DNA of 25,374 nucleotides from Okeania sp. GTDB lineage: Bacteria; Cyanobacteriota; Cyanobacteriia; Cyanobacteriales; Microcoleaceae. The stretch lies in contig NZ_JAYKGW010000037.1 of the NCBI RefSeq assembly GCF_035285525.1, positions 1 to 25,374 of the forward strand. Direction: 5' to 3'. The translations under genes and the position numbers were made by a program. The notes beneath the pieces are model-generated. The model searched no databases, was not told where the DNA came from, and saw only the letters and a list, made by a program, of their open reading frames with translations. Positions 22,694 to 25,374 of the stretch are shown here, piece after piece (the stretch's first letter is position 1; each line of letters begins with the position of its first letter).

Positions 22694-22760
22694 AATCCCC
22701 CTAAATCCCCCTTTGAAAGGGGGACTTTTTGTTGACTTCCCCCCTTTCAAAGGGCAGGGC
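22694..22760. repeat. Family-D hairpin element
   Basis: aatccccctaaatccccctttgaaagggggactttttgttgacttcccccctttcaaagggcagggc. Confidence 0.8.
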
Positions 22761-22847
22761 TAATTCTTTGTCGCCAGAGAATATTTACAACCCTATATTT
22801 TTCGAGTCTTGTACTCTCCACCCTCCTCATCCTCCCCATCCTCCCCA

Positions 22848-22901
22848 CCCCGGCTTTCATTCCGACGCTCCTTTAGGAGAGCGCGGGATTTCCTGCCGGG
22901 G
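22848..22901. repeat. GC-rich nested hairpin (CCCCGGC...CGCTCC-tttag-GAGAGCG...GCCGGGG)
   Basis: The outer arms are 22848-22854 and 22895-22901, with an inner stem cgctcc/ggagagcg. It is preceded by CCTCCCCATCCTCCCCACC polypyrimidine repeats. Confidence 0.5.
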
Positions 22902-23033
22902 GAGTTAACTATAGCAACTGCTAAGGTGGTTAAGATATGGAATGATGATGAATCTTAGACTAGGAAACACTTTTTCAACTGTTTCCTGTTCCTTGTTCCC
23001 TGCTATAACAATTACAGCAGATTCCGAAGTTAT

Positions 23034-23099
23034 GAGGTACAAATATTAATTATAAAGCTGGGCAAGTGCGGGCATCTTGCCCGCGACAGGTGTACCTCA
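23034..23099 (-). terminator. Long hairpin containing the family-C core GCGGGCATCTTGCCCGC, 22 nt downstream of the CADD-like gene
   Basis: The outer stem is TGAGGTACA (23034-23042) / TGTACCTCA (23091-23099). The inner palindrome is at 23068-23084. Confidence 0.45.
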
Positions 23100-23121
23100 C
23101 GGGCAATGGAAAGCGCTGTAA

Positions 23122-23823
23122 TTACGCAGCTTGACAATACTCTTCATAAACACCATCAAGCAACAAATTCAAAGCATCTGCCGCTTTTGCTGCAGCAGTT
23201 AAAGCTTCCTGTTTTTCTCCATCAGTTTCACATAGTTTTACCAATGCTTCTTTAGTCACTTTGCTGTGAATTTCATCAGCTTTTTCATGTACTTTAAAAA
23301 ATGCTAAAGCTGCTTCAGAATTAATACCATAAAATTCTTTCAAACCAGCAATTTTAGTAGTAGCAACTGCCGGAATTTGTGACTCATAAGCATAAAGAGC
23401 AGCTAAACCTTCAGCAGGATTTTCACTGCGAGCTAATTCTTTTAAAATACTTACAGATTCCTTAGTTTTTGCTAAATGTTCCCGAGTTTTAACATCCTCT
23501 CTTTTTACACCCAAACCTTCAGCAAAACGTAACCATAATTCCGGGTGATTTGCAGCTCCCATTTCTTCTTCAATTAAATTTTCTAAGAGCATTTTCCGAG
23601 TTTCTAAATCATCACAAGCTGCATGAGTAGCACTCACATAAGTAGGGAAATAATGAACTTGTAAATAATATTCTTGAGCGTATTCTTGCAACATTTCTAA
23701 AGATAATTTTCCTTCATTCCACATTTGATAAAATGTATGCTTTAGTAAATGTTGTTTTTCAATAATTTCATCCAAGAGAGAAATGAATTGTTCTCCAGTC
23801 ATTTGTTTTTCTTCAAGCAACAT
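23122..23823 (-). CDS. CADD/PqqC-like heme-oxygenase-fold di-metal oxidase (Chlamydia CT610 family; candidate pABA-forming enzyme)
   Basis: LLKHTFYQMWNEGKLSLEMLQEYAQEYYLQVHYFPTYVSATHAACDDLETRKMLLENLIEEE...NHPELWLRFAEGLGV...ALYAYESQIP...HEKADEIH aligns block by block with my recollection of Chlamydia CADD. The ORF track starts at a TTG (23838); the ATG at 23823 (MLLEEKQM...) is more likely. Confidence 0.8.
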   Translation of the reverse strand: MLLEEKQMTGEQFISLLDEIIEKQHLLKHTFYQMWNEGKLSLEMLQEYAQEYYLQVHYFPTYVSATHAACDDLETRKMLLENLIEEEMGAANHPELWLRFAEGLGVKREDVKTREHLAKTKESVSILKELARSENPAEGLAALYAYESQIPAVATTKIAGLKEFYGINSEAALAFFKVHEKADEIHSKVTKEALVKLCETDGEKQEALTAAAKAADALNLLLDGVYEEYCQAA

Positions 23824-23922
23824 AACTTTTTCACTCAATTATTAGTTTAGTTTATAAATAATATCACAATTGTCTATCTTGTCAAGAAGATAAAATATTT
23901 TCTTTATATAGCAGCGCTAGGC

Positions 23923-24027
23923 GTAGGTTGGGTTGAGGAACGAAACCCAACATTAGTAAGTTTTTGTTGAGTTTCACTCTGTATTAGCAAGGTTTTGTTG
24001 GGTTTCACTCTGTTTAACCCAACCTAC
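23923..24027. mobile_element. Family-E MITE-like element (GTAGGTTGGGTT ... AACCCAACCTAC)
   Basis: It has perfect 12-nt terminal inverted repeats and an internal duplication gtt(g/t)ggtttcactctgt. A partial arm, caacccaacctac, lies near 20017-20029. Confidence 0.75.
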
Positions 24028-24078
24028 ATTTAAAAATTCACTCATAGCTAAATGCTGACTTTGAAAATCACTCTCAAG

Positions 24079-24127
24079 AATTATTAATTATTAATTATTA
24101 ATTATTAATTATTAACTATTAATTATT
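24079..24127 (+). repeat. Heptamer array (AATTATT x7) abutting the transporter stop codon
   Basis: aattattaattattaattattaattattaattattaactattaattatt. Confidence 0.85.
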
Positions 24128-25088
24128 TAACTACCTAATTTTTGTTTCAGTCTCAATTCCTGACTCAATAATAAAACACCTAAAGTAACAATAATAATAC
24201 CTAAAATTTGTAAACCATGAAGAGTTTCTTGAATAGCTAACCAAGCTAAAATTGCAGTTATACAAGGATTAGTTGCCCCAATAGTTGCAGCGCTAGTCGC
24301 ACCTATCAATTTAATTCCATAATTAAACATTAAATGACCGCTCAAAGTGAAGATTGCTGATAGAAAACCACCTATCCACATGGAAGTCCAATTAAGTTCT
24401 ATATTTTCCCCTTGCCAAATTAATAAACTTATGGTAGATAAACCTAAAGTAAAGTAGTCGCAAAACTAATCCAAGTAAAGGGAACCGGATGTATTGTTTC
24501 AAAACTTTTTTGGGCATTAACAGTATAGAGAGCGTAAGCAAGTCCTGAACCAATACCAAAAATTACCCCGATTCCGTTATAACTATCCGATGTATTTTGA
24601 GTATAAGGAATAGTCAGAAAAGTACCAACTAAGACAACAACCATTATCATCCACCGAAACTTTGTAGGGGGAATACCTAAAAATAACCAAGAAAATAGGG
24701 AAGTAAATATGGGGTAAGTAAAAAACAGAGTTAAAGCTATTCCAGTTTTAATTAAACCAATAGATACATAAAGTAGTGCCAAGTATAAAAACATCAGCAC
24801 TCCACCAAGAAGCGATCGCCCCAATATAGGACGTGCTTCATTATTTCCTAATCCTCTAATGTCTTGCCAGCTCTGTGGGTAAAGTTTTGTTACGAAGGAA
24901 GCCATCAATGGAACTGCCAATACCGTTCGCATAAACATTAGTAAGAAAGAATTTTCCAAATTCGGTATGACAAATCCACCTGTGGAAAAAATCCCTAAAA
25001 TTATTTGTTCATTGAAGAGAACCCTGACAATAATATTTTGGAAACAGAAACAGAAAGATGCCAGTAAAACAATAATAAAACCAAACAT
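24127..25088 (-). pseudogene. EamA/DMT-family transporter disrupted by a frameshift
   Basis: ORFs 24444..25088 and 24127..24381 are in different frames. Frame 1 ends ...FTWISFATTLL-TAG. Shifting frame at ~24445-24455 reads LGLSTISLLIWQGENIELNWTSMWIGGFLSAIF... straight into the second ORF. Both halves are typical EamA repeats. Confidence 0.75.
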
Positions 25089-25161
25089 AATTTAAGTAGC
25101 ACAAGCATCTTGCTTGTAAAAATACAGTATAGCCATAAAGAATCATGCGTGAGAAAAAACT

Positions 25162-25218
25162 GTAGGGGTTTGGTCTCCAAATCTCTGATTTGCTTGGGTT
25201 TGGAGACCAAACCCCTAC
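25162..25218. repeat. Family-B element, both arms back to back ('empty' configuration)
   Basis: gtaggggtttggtctccaaa (25162-25181), a 14-nt spacer, then gggtttggagaccaaacccctac (25196-25218). Confidence 0.85.
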
Positions 25219-25265
25219 GAGCCAATCTTATACTAATAGGACTTACCCACGAACGCTATTGGTAG

Positions 25266-25359
25266 GGTGCGTTTTGCGTTCCGCAAAGCTCCGCTTTATA
25301 TGTCGGCTCAAGCGCCGAAACGCTGCGCGACATGAAAAGCGCACAACGCACAACGCACC
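25266..25359. repeat. GC-rich ~95-nt multi-stem hairpin at the right edge
   Basis: ggtgcgttttgcgtt (left) pairs with aacgcacaacgcacc (right). The middle stem is atgtcg/cgacat and the inner stem is agcg/cgct. It stands out from the AT-rich surroundings. Confidence 0.5.
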
Positions 25360-25374
25360 AATACTCTATATATA

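Noticed and set aside
25001-25225. 74-aa minus-strand ORF
   Set aside because: It overlaps the DMT transporter start out of frame and extends into the family-B repeat.
1-25374. tRNA, rRNA, tmRNA, group I/II intron, prophage or IS element with a transposase
   Set aside because: No T-loop-like GGTTCGAAT motifs, rRNA-like conserved stretches, integrase/transposase ORFs or phage structural genes were recognised. The mobile-looking sequences are all short and non-coding.

Overview
This is an AT-rich 25.4-kb chromosomal segment that looks like a filamentous, Nostocales-type cyanobacterium. Support for that: nine perfect HIP1 octamers (GCGATCGC), many 7-nt STRR-like tandem arrays, and about ten families of short GC-rich hairpin or MITE-like repeats. 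These repeats fill almost every intergenic spacer, and several sit in frame inside genes.

Gene content, left to right:
- NUDIX hydrolase start at the left edge
- large polytopic membrane protein, possibly a GT-C glycosyltransferase
- long-form sugar-1-phosphate nucleotidyltransferase
- decayed HsdR-N-like PD-(D/E)XK ORF
- GT2 glycosyltransferase
- intact PD-(D/E)XK paralog
- glutamine-dependent NAD synthetase (nadE)
- DUF29 pseudogene
- unlisted 40-aa membrane peptide
- 3-methyladenine DNA glycosylase
- NERD-domain protein
- eukaryote-like PAPS sulfotransferase
- urease accessory genes in the order ureG-ureD-ureE-ureF, with no ureABC in the window
- Phd/YefM-like antitoxin pseudogene
- HTH-STAND NTPase pseudogene
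- L-type-lectin/RTX protein
- 58-bp tandem array
- Rpn-family PD-(D/E)XK nuclease
- CADD/PqqC-like di-metal oxidase
- frameshifted EamA/DMT transporter

No rRNA, tRNA, CRISPR array, classical transposase or integrase was recognised.

Main points for follow-up:
1. Both PD-(D/E)XK paralogs are tightly bracketed by hairpin repeats, a REP/RAYT-like arrangement. An 'empty' back-to-back copy of the same arms occurs elsewhere in the window.
2. The NERD + sulfotransferase pair lies between about 80-bp inverted repeats wedged between mpg and ureG.
3. Four genes are disrupted only by in-frame stop codons, with the reading frame fully preserved.
4. Hairpin repeats are inserted in frame into coding sequences.
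5. The 58-bp tandem array is stop-free in all three minus-strand frames.

All functional calls come from motif recognition by eye. No database search was run.
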